Assembly: GCA_051294905.1 (NCBI GenBank) | Contig: CM119371.1 | Coordinates: 26,414,001 to 26,478,000, forward strand | Direction: 5' to 3' | Length of the DNA: 64,000 nt | From: Botryllus schlosseri | Taxonomy: Eukaryota | In this document: piece after piece, positions 36,573-48,841 of the stretch | Layout: the number at the start of each line of letters is the position of its first letter | How positions within the stretch are numbered: position 1 is the first letter of the stretch | Made by a program: the position numbers and the translations under genes | Notes under the pieces: model-generated | Databases searched by the model: none | What the model saw: the letters and a program-made list of their open reading frames with translations, nothing else | Told to the model about the DNA's origin: nothing

Positions 36573-39275
36573 CAGTGGTCCCCAACCTTTTTCGACTCAT
36601 CTCCCCCTTCTCAAGCTCGGCGCCGATCCTCGCCACCCGATTTCGTGTACCGGAAAATCAGTATAAAATTTGTAATCATCGACGGGTTGACTAGAAAAAA
36701 TGTCAACTTTTAGGCGTAATGTCGAATTTTACACCATCGCAAATATATTTTCGTGGGTTGATTAAAAAAAGTTCATTTCTTCGACTTGACTCCAATATAT
36801 CCATTTTAACGCGTCATCGCCCCCTGTCGCCTCCTACGCTATTTCCGCCAGTGATGAGCGGAGTCTGCTTTTCGAGACTCCGAGTCCCTCCGGCAACTTT
36901 CGTCTCTGATGCAAAGTCCCTCCGACTCCGGGGATCTCAATCCCAGACTCCGAGATAACCCGAAGAATCTTGTCCAGTCTTCGAAATATATCCAGACCAT
37001 TGTCGAAGTATCCCAATCGATGTTTTCGATAGCCTGTCTGATATTCATACCAGTTTTATTAGTACCCGTGAATTGCCGAACAGTCGCAACATTACTTCTC
37101 AGAGTCAAGTTCTCTCCAACAAAATGGACAGTCAAGCTAATAGAACTGCGACCCTTTAGATCGGTCCACATATCTGAGGTGATGCCAGCCAGCTCATAAC
37201 ACTTGATAGCAACTCTTAGTTCCTCTGGCAGCTTCTGCTTCAAAGATGAAGCCTCCTCATCCAACTTACGTTTCACTGTAAATCTGGATGGCAAAACATC
37301 TTCTGCACACCACCACGGCAAACCGGCACTTCTTCGGTATTCTCCACCCGGCGATCAGTGTTCCCCATGATCACCTTCTCCTTTGATTACTCGCTTACTT
37401 GCATTTCAACTGCGATCAATTCTTCTTACAAGCTTCGATATGTCTTCGAGGATGCGACGTACCACGTGTCAACATGTGATGCTTTAGCTGAACATTGCAA
37501 TTTTGACATCTTGCAAACCCAGTATACTGGCCGTTATTATCATGCAGCATCAGAGTGAAATCCTTCCACACGTCACTCTTTCTCTGCGTCTTTGTGAGTA
37601 ACCCACTTGAAGTCGACGGTGCTTCAGCCATTATATTAAAACGACGAAGGAAGACCAGTCAGTTCGAACTAACTACCACTAACACCACTGAAATCGACGA
37701 TCACATCACAGGTTTCAGTAAATTAAGTTTCGCATCGCCATGAACCAGTTGATGGAACTGCACTGCACTAAACATACATGATGCATCACTGACGCACCGA
37801 TCGACGACGCTCCTTGGAGTTGACTAAATGACTAGTGACTTCCAATTTTGAAGCTGATACATGATATCTGGAATTTGGAGTCTGAGACAGACCAGCAGCA
37901 GAAACTTGATTGCGGTGCTGATTTTTCTTATCACATCAAAGTCATTTTTCAATCAAACCAAACATTACATGACGAAAATTCAGAAGAGTTCTGGATGACT
38001 GACTACGTCAATCAATATTGAAGGAAGCGTGGTTGAGTTGATGCGAGCAGAGCAAAGCAGACGGGTGTAGTTATTTAGTGTGGCTGTTCAGAATTTCGGA
38101 ATATTCTGTCTTTACAGGGTAAGATCAGCTTACCTTAGTGATTTATGTATTGTTGAAATCTTAGATGCTGGTATGCCTCTGTGAGCGGATCTTACTAGCG
38201 AAAATTCGTCGCAATGTCATTAAATCACGTAACACATTGCACAAGCTATTATTGTTTCCATCCAGATACTTGCTTGTTGTATGTATATTTCTCACAGATA
38301 TAAAGGTAATATTGATGCAACACTTATTATCGATATCTCTTACTGCAAATTGCAAGTACGATGAAAGTTGCGAAAAGTTATCACAAAAGTGGTATCGGAT
38401 AAATTATCTTGTTTCAACTGATACCAACGTTGGGAATACATTTTCACAAAATGGACCTATTACTATGTTGAATGTCATCAGGATAATGGGATATATTCCG
38501 TTATGATCATGAACTTGCTGGAAGAATCAGGGTAGCTAAAGGCTGTACCATAGGGAAGCCCCGCTGTATGTTGCTGATTGTAAAATGTTTCGCACAATTA
38601 CTGGGGTAGCATGAAAATTAGTCACGAAACAAATACGCAAGGAGGAATGTGATGTGACTATACGCAAGGAGGAATGTGATGTGACTATAGAAGACCGCAA
38701 TGACAGCAACGTGGAAGATTCTGGAGATCTTATCTCATAATATGGTGACATTCAGCAGTGGATTCAAAGACTGCATCTCAAGGCTGGGAGTAAATGATGC
38801 ACTGCGAATGATATTGGGTGCCTTCAAGTTTGTGAACTACAGACACTGCTCAACGGAAATGCCTTGCTAGATCACTAGGTTACTCTCCAGTCCCCAATTG
38901 CAGTGCAGATGGCTGATTTTTGTGCACTTGGCAATCATATTACCGGTCATATTACAACTTTACAAGGTGTCAACTGTCTGTGTTTGTAATCAATAGTGTC
39001 TTCTGGTCAAAGCTATCGAAAGATATCGGGGGCAAAACTTAACAATACTCCGGAAAACTCCGGAAAAATATCTGTTGTAAACTCCGACTCCACTTCGGGT
39101 ATCACAAAATTGGCAAAACTCCGCTCCTAATCCACTCCGACTCCGCTCCGGTGCTCATCACTGATTTCCGCCCCCTTTGTCCATTTTCTCCCCCTATAGT
39201 CCGCTTCGTCATTTTCACTCCCTTGGCCGCCAAATCGCCCCTTGGGGGCGATATCGCCCATGTTTGGAACCACTG
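36573..39275. mobile_element. hAT MITE that hosts the nested element 36849-39163
   Basis: TIRs CAGTGGTCCCCAAC / GTTTGGAACCACTG with a perfect 8-bp TSD GCATACAT (36565-36572, 39276-39283). Confidence 0.85.
36849..39163 (-). mobile_element. Internally deleted hAT transposon with a truncated BED-finger transposase
   Basis: TIRs CAGTGATGAGC / GCTCATCACTG with a perfect TSD ATTTCCGC. ORF 37631-37416 encodes a BED zinc finger (RKSDVWKDF...ARCQNC...GTSHPRRHIEAC). ORF 37321-~37015 has hAT motifs LPSRFTV and ITSDMWTD...SLTVHFV, and the C-terminal half is missing. Confidence 0.9.
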
Positions 39276-41020
39276 GCATACATCATAGTATATGATAGTT
39301 GCCGTTCGCAAATTTTGCCGGATTTTAGGCGGATGCTTTGTACTGCATGGAATCGGAATCAAACAAGTTAGGTACCCGGTTTACCCAGCTTTATTTATTA
39401 TGCTCTTTGTGTAAATAGGTATTTCCCACTACCGAGTATGGCTGTATCAACAGTAACCAGTAATCCACTGCGGCTGCGGGATTTCCCCAAACAGCACTCT
39501 CTCTACTTTGCACACAAAAGCTTGAAAGCGAATGCTGCCAGGAAGCAGAATGTCAACCACAGCAAGGTATTCGGAATGAACACCAGTCGGCTGTGAAACG
39601 GTTTGCAAATAGCCTACCGGCTTGTCTAGATTGAAAATTGTCGAAGCGTTCGTACCGATTTTCAAGTATGCGGCACTAACGATATTACAATGCCAAAACA
39701 TCGTCGTAATTAAAGCATTCTGACCATATACCTATGCATGCATGTATAGTAGCCTACATGGGTCCGATTTTCATTGGTGTGTTTCGTAATGCCCGTCATA
39801 TCTGCTGTGGTGTTACAAATGTTTCGCTGCCAGACTTGCCAGTTCCATGCTGACAGTAAATCCGCTTAGTTACGTGATCAAGATTTAAATCAATCATGGC
39901 TAGAGGCTACGCAGTTAATAATCAGAGGCAATTCGTAGGTGTACTTCGCCGTTATAATCAGTATACCGATAATAACAGAGCGAGCTAATTGCAAATCGTA
40001 TTGTGATAAGCAGAGATACGTCATTTCTTTTGCGGTAAAACGTTGAATACCAACATACTACCGCTTGGCTGACTATTGCTACAATGTGCCAAAAGAAGAA
40101 CATTCATGGACAATTGTGCATATAGACCAGAAAATACGCATTTGGCGGACTGCGTTCTTTGGAATGTGGGAAGTGGGTCCGGACCATATTTGTTTTAATA
40201 TCCATAAGTGGAATAATCGGATCTGACAGCCACGCCGGTTGACCTTCTTTAGACATCACCACAAGTATACGGTACACACGTACACTAACGCAAAAATCTC
40301 GGAGAAACCCACTATCCACGAGTAGATTACATGGATTTGGCAGAGAGGTGTCAGCGTTGGCCATTCTTTATTCATCACCACAATTATGGCCAAACTGAAG
40401 AGGACGGTGATATTCCGAGCAGATCTAAATACGGACCCTGATGTATAAGTTCCAAGTATAAAACTGGCGTAGCTAACAGTTACATCATATGACAGAAGTA
40501 GACGCAACTATTTTAAATAACTCGTTGTGTAATATTACTTTACTGGACGTATAGCATGTGTCACCTATTGACGGAGGACCATAGTATAATACCTTTGCGA
40601 AAAATATTGTTACACCAGGACGTCTTTCCAATACGAGCACAAATGTGAACAGATTTACGAACAAAAAGCTGTAGAAATCTCTAGATATACATTACGTTAT
40701 GTCAATAAATAGCCGATGATGATGGTTTCAACAGTCAACACAGTGTCACACAAAGATCGTTCCTGTTGGCCAATCCAGTCTTTGGCGTAAAGATTCTTTA
40801 GGTTACCTGTTTGCATAAGATGTCAATATACCGTTTTGCTCCAAGAGAGGTTGATAGTTGATACCTGTGCTTGGTACAAAGACCGATTTTACTTTCACAC
40901 TTTGAAGGTTATCATATTTTTCATGGAATTCCAGAAAACATTTATTCAACTTTTGAATGCTCTTTGATACAGTCGTGTTTTTCATAAATACCCAGGTGAC
41001 GTATAGAAAGTGTTATTGCG

Positions 41021-42193
41021 ATGCAATATATACTTACAACAGTAGTTTCATTTTTCCTGGCGTTGACTGGCCATTGCCCATCTGAAATTGATGAATGATC
41101 TACAATGTGAATCGTAAGTATTCAAACAAATAACATTCAGCCACTGTGATATTTTTATTTGCAGCATGTGACTGCGATATGTTTTGTGCATCATGGCCAT
41201 ACGTAGGCCTGCACATATTGTCTGTATACCGATGATCTACCTTACTAATGCCTCGACTGCAGTGGTTATTAACCTCTACTAACCTTCGGAACAATTACGC
41301 TAATCTGCAGGCCGAGTTACGGGAGCCGCAGAGTATTTATGGGCTGAATCGAAAATATAAATTTGAATTGTTGTTTTTGTGTGTCCTTGCAACTTTTTCT
41401 TTGCTTTGATTTTGTAACTTCTGCAACTGCCAAGGAAATTGAATAGTATATTCATCTTGAAATGAACCCGGCTGACACTCGTCACGGGTAATCATCAGCA
41501 ACGATAGTAGATAATGGCAAAGGACATTGTATCTCTATGGTGTTAATTCTCGGTAATGTCCATTCTCGGCGGTGTCAATTCTCGGTAATGTCCATTCTCG
41601 GTGGTGTCAATTCTCGATAATGTCCATTCTGTGGTGTCCATTCTCGGTAATAGCGTTCTCGGTAATGTCCGTTCGCGGTAATGGTTTTCTCGGTATTGGT
41701 ATAGAACCGTACATCAACGATCGTATCACAAAATCTGACTTCAGCGGCATGAAATTTCGAATATTCGGGGAAATGTGAAACATCATCAAACTGGAACGCG
41801 GCAATTCTACTTTCGTTTCACTTGACAACGAACATGTCCTATTTTAAGGTGCTGAATATATGGTAAGCTTACGGTAATAGTAAGACGATGGATGGATTGA
41901 TAGTTTCACTATCACTTATCAGTAAAAGGAAAGTAGGCCATTGCGTCGATTGCTGTAATACAGGCGCTTTTGGGAAACTCCGTATTACCTCATATTTATT
42001 TAAATATTGCTTTGCAGTGGAGAAATGCATGATTATGCATTCAATCAACGATAAGTGCTATATTGCACCCTGTGGTATGATCACTCCAACTTCACCAGAA
42101 TACCTAACCCAGACCAGATCTATTATTCAAAGTCATGCCTCAAAAATGTTGCACTGTTTATGACTGATAGTTGTATTGGCAACCTGACTCAAG
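41021..42193 (+). pseudogene. LRR-TM receptor paralog C pseudogene (remnants of exons 1-2 only)
   Basis: Exon 1 homolog at 41021-41113 reads MQYILTTVVSFFLALTGHCPSEIDE, with small deletions giving TGA at 41096-41098 and the GTAAGT donor retained. The 3' part of exon 2 at ~42070-42193 reads LWYDHSNFTRIPNPDQIYYSKSCLKNVALFMTDSCIGNLTQ, with a conserved Cys changed to Tyr, and has a GTGAGT donor. I saw no homologs of exons 3-9 downstream. Confidence 0.85.
41535..41710. repeat. Terminal fragment of the same 16-bp-array element, in intron 1 of pseudogene C
   Basis: Tandem CATTCTCGGTAATGTC units ending TCGGTATTGGTATAGAACC, the reverse complement of the 30168 terminus. Confidence 0.75.
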
Positions 42194-42224
42194 GTGAGTT
42201 GCGGAGAAAATAGTTGGTCCAATC

Positions 42225-45200
42225 CGGGGTCACCAACCGTGCGCATGCAGAGAGTCATTTGAACTCATTTCACGTCACATAAAATCAACCAAGAGCCGAA
42301 AATTCTGTTTCACTACCAAAAATAAATGAAATCACACACTAAACCAGTGATCCTCGACTTGTCATAGCAATCCTACATCTCATCTGCGGAAACTGTGGCA
42401 ACTCCGGTGAAATGAAAAACAAACAAATTTGAAATCTTCATAATCATGACCTATAGTGTCATCGACGCTAACGAAGGATTGATACCGTATCTTATGTAGA
42501 TAAAATGGTAGAGATACAATTTTCGATATTAGTTTATCTCATACGACTGCGTCTTTGCGCTTCAGACATTTATTAAAGTTTTCATTTTTGCGGTTGCCCG
42601 TGACCGCAGATACGATTCTTTTTCAGGTAATATCAAAAGTTGTCCAATATAGCTCAAGGATAAATTTCTAGTGTTAGCAGTTCATTGTACCTGCCCCGAA
42701 AATAAATTTTATAATGTAAGGAAGTCATGTCAATTTATGAAATAAGGGTAATTGATTTTGGCGCGTGAGAATCAGCCCTCTATTTCGGACATACCGGTGT
42801 AGAAGTTTAGCGGTTGGCAATACTGACGAATGGAATCGTAGAAATCATGTATAGGTTTAATGGGTAATAACCATACTTTTTGTTCCTAACTCCAACATAT
42901 TCTGGTCACAACTATACAGCAATGAAGTGTGCATTCAATTCGTCATCGAAAACAGCATATCCTATAGATATAGACGATGATATCAAAGTACGGTTGCAGT
43001 CGTTTACAAGACCGCTTTGTTAGCATAAATTTTGCGTACCATGGTAGCGTTAAAACCACAATTATGACAGTCAAGAATAAATTTCAGCAGTTTCTAATGC
43101 TTAAAACCGGCTAATCTACCAAATATTTCCATTACGGTATGACCCTCATGAACGATTTTATTTGAACTGCGCTGCGTGTGATAACTGAGGCTAGCCACAG
43201 TGATTCGACTATTCGAATCTGAATAGAGCAATAATAATTCTTATGATTAAAGTGGAGTAGCGTGACATGACTTTTTCGAGTGCAGCCAAAATACGCTCCT
43301 TATTATTATTAAGAGTTAATTACACTGGTCAACAGAATATTTTTTGGCAGGACATCTGAAAGCCGTTTCTGGGGTGTTCGAGGTTGCTGATTAAGAATAT
43401 CACAATAATTTTGCCAGATTGGCTCTTGCTCAGAAGATATTTATACCCATAAAAATGCCTAATATTACTGTATTTACCATTGAATATTTCACTTGGTAGG
43501 AAAAAAATCGTAGTTTTTTTTTTTCTAATTTCATACTGCGCAAAAATAGATAATTGACTATGAAGAACCCTCATGTCGTTATCAGTCATTCTATCATCAT
43601 TACCATGACCTGATGCGAAATATTTGTTTGTCAAAAAAGCTGTTTGTCAAGTTTAACAATTGTACTGTTGCACAACGGACATACATATTCTCCTGTATCA
43701 ATTGGTTATTCTACCAAGATTTAAGAGGAGTATAAGCCATAAAATTTGTATTTGAAAAGCTTAACTACCATAATCATATTCGTCTCATTTCTTTCGACTT
43801 GTAAATGGATAATTTTCCGCTGAATCAACAAAGTGGGTATACTATCCCTATCGAACGAGGAGTTTAAATCTGGTATTTGTGATAGATTTCAGATTCGAAC
43901 ACGGAAAATAGATTCCAATTTCATATCGGGAAGGAGTTCACTGTATGGAATTTATCCTATGATGTAGTAAAGAAACTTTTTTTATGATCACAAAGCACCG
44001 AACTACAAAGAGTTGGTCCGAAAATTCGTATCTGCATATGGAAAACTCGGAACTAACACGAGCATAAAAGTTTACTTCCTGTTCAGTCATCTTGATATAT
44101 TTTCCGATCATCTTGTTGATTAGCAAGGGGAGAGGATCCACCAATACATCAAGACAACAAAAGAAAGATATCAGAGCAGATGAGATGAACATATTATGGC
44201 AGCGCATTACTGGAACCTTAGAAACTGCGGTATATTGCTTACAGGCAAAAATCGTATGAAAAAACAATTGTGCGTTAAAATGAATGAATATTATTATATT
44301 CCAAATGATTATTTCAAATTTACAATAGGTGGTTGACGTAAAACTGATTGAATTAATGCTACGTTGCTATATACATGACTGGAGTTTATTTATGTAGGCT
44401 ACATGATATCCGTGAAAGTCTATAACTGCGTTAAATCTAATACCCCTAAATATAGTGCTGTTGCTGTATTTCGAGTTGAAAGAGTCTTCTGTGTGTAAAA
44501 ATTAACAAGTAGATTGGCTTTCTAAACTTTATATTACGACGAAGCCGATTTTCTATCTAGCCATTACAGCGAGAATGTGAGATTTTGGTCAAAATAGCGC
44601 CATGGGTTATTTCCAAAACCAGAGCCAATTTGAAAGAAAACGAAGGTCATATTCGGAATCTGTGCCCTTCAGAACCCCTAAAATCACTCTTACTTTGTCC
44701 GCCTAAAAATATGTGTTACCAGTGCTATAGTTGCGATGCTATTTTTCTCGTTGGAAGGTTGTAAATTTTGATTACTCGTATTGTAGGTTACGGAGCACGT
44801 ACTGCAAAGCAATGTGTATTAGTGGAAAAAGACGTATCTCTGAAGTCGCGATACACACACAGCATTGTCACAAAGTACAATGATGTATAGGTATGGTCGA
44901 GAAAGTGTTGTAGAACTGGCATTATGTCCTTCGTGATCTCATAAAATGTACATATTTTACACGTTCGACGTAAATCATAGTGCATATGGAACACCGCATT
45001 TGACCGTTACGACTCACTGGTAGAGCGTTCGAGAATCCGCAATGATTTTTACTATAGGGATGGTGTTCTGTGTGTGAACCTCCGAAATCTGGAGGTTCAC
45101 GTTCACAAACGAAACTTGGTAGGTTCTGCACTGTGAACCCTTTTCATATATTACAATTTTCACTTCATTATAACATCCTTGGTTGAAGTTTATTACATGT

Positions 45201-46088
45201 TAACTGCGAGTCACTCTATGCATGGCGCTGGCAGCCTAAAATATCAACGTTAAACGAGCATGCACCTTGACAATCTCAAATATTTTACTTGTTTTGTTAC
45301 AAAAGTTTACTCCAGCTTTCAGTTTGCGAATATCTAGTGACTCGCTATAGTCAGCGAATGAGGCTTATTCAACCAATCAATAAAACTGATATCATTTTCT
45401 GATGTAAAAAAACATCTACCCAGCGTACGGGGTCAATCTTGATGTCATATGTTTATTGTATCAGAAAAACGAAATCCGTGCGATTGGGGGGTCCGCTACT
45501 GCTGTATAACTTGTTAATGGGGTAATATCGGCAACAAGTATAGAAGCCCGTTCCGGTCTGGGATAGACCGTTACGGCGTAAGCTTATACTCTCCTGCAAA
45601 TCCTCGTCGAAGTTGCTGGCAAAGCGACGAAAGATATTGGTCTTATGGGATTATTATATCATTTTATTGCCCCAGTTGATACAATCGGCGACGTTTAAAA
45701 CGTCAATATGTACTTCAGCATTGAGGCAATATGTGGCCCGAGTCGTCGCTAGGTATCGTGTACACTATATTGGTTATCACATCCCCGAAATGTAGGGTTG
45801 GAATTAGCAATATGTCGTCACGTGACGTCATGAGGTTCACGTTCGCGTTCACACAGAACCTTTCAAAAAGGTTCGCGTTGACACGAACCTGAAGCTTTCT
45901 GAGGTTCACACCATCCCTACTATCTATTATGCCAGTTATTGCAGCTAGTATACATCCAAACAGCACACAATCAACGTTTCTGAGAAAAGACAAAAATTCA
46001 CAAAAGAAAAATGTTATCAGTTCAATATACATTTATTCGGAAGCTCGGAAGCTCCTAACGGCCGCAAGCCGCAAATTGCCGACACCTG
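42225..46088. mobile_element. ~3.9-kb hAT-type non-autonomous insertion in intron 2 of pseudogene C
   Basis: Degenerate TIRs CGGGGTCACCAA / TTGCCGACACCTG with an imperfect TSD GTCCAATC / GTTTAATC. Similarity to intron 2 of paralog B resumes just after it. Confidence 0.55.
45055..45919. mobile_element. MITE with TAGGGATGGTG termini and GTTCAC/GAACC subterminal repeats
   Basis: TAGGGATGGTGT / ACACCATCCCTA inverted ends; no clear TSD. Confidence 0.65.
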
Positions 46089-46442
46089 GTTTAATCTAAC
46101 AGATTATGACAGCACGAGTATAACCTCAGCAAAACCACATATCTAGTCTAGACGTATTTGAATGGAATTCGATGACGTAACTTTTACATGAGTGTGAAAG
46201 CCAAGCATTCAATAACAGCTTTTCCGAGAAATATGAGTGGGGCAGCTATTTTGAATGAGTAATGTAGTGAAAGAGGAATAAGTCGTTTGGTTCACCAGTA
46301 AATGCTATATTACGCCACTGAGTTCTATTTTTCATGAGCACAAGATGTGTTCATGGTTCATGCATTTAAGAGTGAGAACTACTTATAAAACGACAGTGAA
46401 AATGTTCTATCTACACACCATGCAATCTTTAATACTATAGAT

Positions 46443-48841
46443 CAGGGGTGGCCAACTTTTTTACTATCTACGAATGCATTTCGATTAATCATGTAGCATA
46501 CGGCCGCACTCCAGGACGCAGTCTTAATGAACTAGCTGAACGCCAAATATCCACGTTAAACTGCCCAGTGTCCATGTACATTTCCGGTGATCTCAAGACT
46601 GATCTATTTATTCAAATTGGGTTAATTTGCTACACGCACCGAAATCGCGAGTGGTCATTAGGGTTGTTCAAAATTTGGAAAATCTTACAAATCCTCCGTT
46701 GTAATGTCTTATTCTATAGATTATTGATAAAAAGCGACACTGAGCCTAAAAGAAGCTTACAGGAAGGCCGTTAAGATTTCGTGCAAAGCGTTTGAAAGTA
46801 GCTGCCAAAGAATGGGCGTGCCACCGACCATCGAGCGGCGAGAAGACTAGTAATCACGAAACCACGGCTCTTGATTGGCTGATCGGCTATGCTTCAATGA
46901 ACACGGCAGCAGCTACTTGCTGATTATGTGATCAAGGAGTCTGCTACCGGCGGCGATTCTGAAAGCGCATTGTATGTAGGCTGACAATTAATGATTTAGG
47001 ATTGATTCAGGGTATGTTGAGGTACGAAATACATGCTGAACAAACAACAGCTGCTTCACAAATCCGTCTAAAGCATGGCCGCTTTAATGCGAAGGACACC
47101 GCCGTAGCCTATATGCCTTGTTTTCAACGAGGGAAAGCATAGGCGCTTATGCAAGTGGCGACGGATTCCAAGTTTCAGAAAGGATCTATCATTATTGAAT
47201 ACAAATATAAAACTTAACAATGACACTACTTTGTCTGTGTGATCTTATAGGGCTCAGGTTGTAGTACATAGTTGAAGTTTTGAAAGCTCTAACGATCGGC
47301 TGAATCAGCGGGTTATGCTTGGCACTTATCAGATGCTTACAGCAAATTGTATTCACTTGCAAGTGTTGTCAAAGTCCTTAATGCTGACGCAGAAAAGGGG
47401 TGTAAAAGTAAGCACATACTATGCTGGATATGATATGTCAAAGTCCTAAATAATCGTGCAGAAAAGGAGTGTAAAGGTAAGCACATACAATGATGCATAG
47501 TGCACAGTATCCAGCATAGTTTGTATGTCATATCCAGCATAGTCTGTGCTTACATTTACACCTCGTTTCTGCGGCATCATTAGGGACTTTGTAAACACTT
47601 ACAAGTGAATTCAATTTACTGTAAACATCTGATAAGGGCCAAACTTAACTGTCTGATTCAGCCGATCCCTAGAGCATTCAAAACTGCAACTATGTACTAC
47701 AACCTAAGCCCAATAAGATCACACAAATTATATTGTCATTGTTAAGCTTTATATTTATATTCAATAATGATAGATCCTATCTGAAACTTGGAATCCGTCG
47801 CCACTTGCATAAGCGCCTATGCTTTCCCTCGTTGAAAACAAGGCATATAGGCTACGGCGGTGTCCTTCACATTAAAGCGGTCATGCTTTAGACGTTTTTG
47901 TGAAGTAGCTGTTGTTTGTCCATCATGTATTTCGTACCTCAACATACCCTGAATCAATCCTAAATCATTAACTGTCAGCTTACATACAATGCGCTTTCAG
48001 AATCGCCACCGGTAGCAGACTCCTTGATCACATAATCAGCAAGCTGCTGCTGCAGTGGTCATTGAAGCATAGCCGATCAGCCAATCAAGAGCCATGGTTT
48101 CGTGATGACTAGTCTTCTCGCCGTTCGATGGTCAGTGGTACGCCCATTCTTTGGCAGCTACTTTCAAACGCTTTGCACGAAATCTTAACGGCCTTCCTGT
48201 GAGCTTCTTTTAGGCCCATTGTCGTTTTTTTATCAATAATCTATAGAATAAGACATTACAACGGGGGATTTGTAAGATTTTCCAAATTTTTGACAACCCT
48301 AGTGGTCATGTAATGTGAAGAGTTATTATCGCACGAAGCGTGAAAATATTTTAGATTCACGGATGAAATTCGTCATTATATTATTCGTTTCATATATTAC
48401 TTTCAAACATTAAACCTTTCTTAGCCCACGCGACCGGATTAACCGGTAGAGTTGATGTAGGGGTCGCCTTCGAAAATTTAGAGCAAGTTATAAATGATGA
48501 TGCATCTTTGGGTGAGCCAATTGTTATTGATCACTTTGTTGCATGCTGTTATTTCTTGACCTCCCATCAGGATTGTCGGTATATTGGAAATATAATGAAA
48601 TCTCCCAAACGTACCAGAAACGTAATTTTATTTCGTTAGGAGCACACGATTCCAAGTTGGTATATCTATATAGGGGCATCACTTCCTCTGATGCTCGCAT
48701 CTGTACTGTGGGGCATAGATTGCAAAGAAGAGAATCTCCCAACATTTCAGGGGTTAACTCGTAAATTCAATTTGCATGTCGACGGCCGCCAACACATGCT
48801 AATCGAATTACGTGTCGACGGCCGCAGGTTGGCCACTCCTG
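46443..48841. mobile_element. hAT MITE that hosts the foldback element
   Basis: TIRs CAGGGGTGGCCAAC / GTTGGCCACTCCTG with a perfect 8-bp TSD CTATAGAT (46435-46442, 48842-48849). Confidence 0.88.
46659..48301. mobile_element. Foldback-type element with ~770-bp inverted arms and a short spacer
   Basis: Arms ~46659-47432 and ~47528-48301 are highly similar reverse complements. Termini TAGGGTTGT / ACAACCCTA with a perfect 8-bp TSD GTGGTCAT (46651-46658, 48302-48309). Confidence 0.9.

Noticed and set aside
44922..45131. ORF with LPSFVCERE resembling a C-type lectin C-terminus
   Set aside because: The motif is encoded by the subterminal repeats of the MITE at 45055-45919, and no other lectin motifs (WIGL, WND) are in frame.
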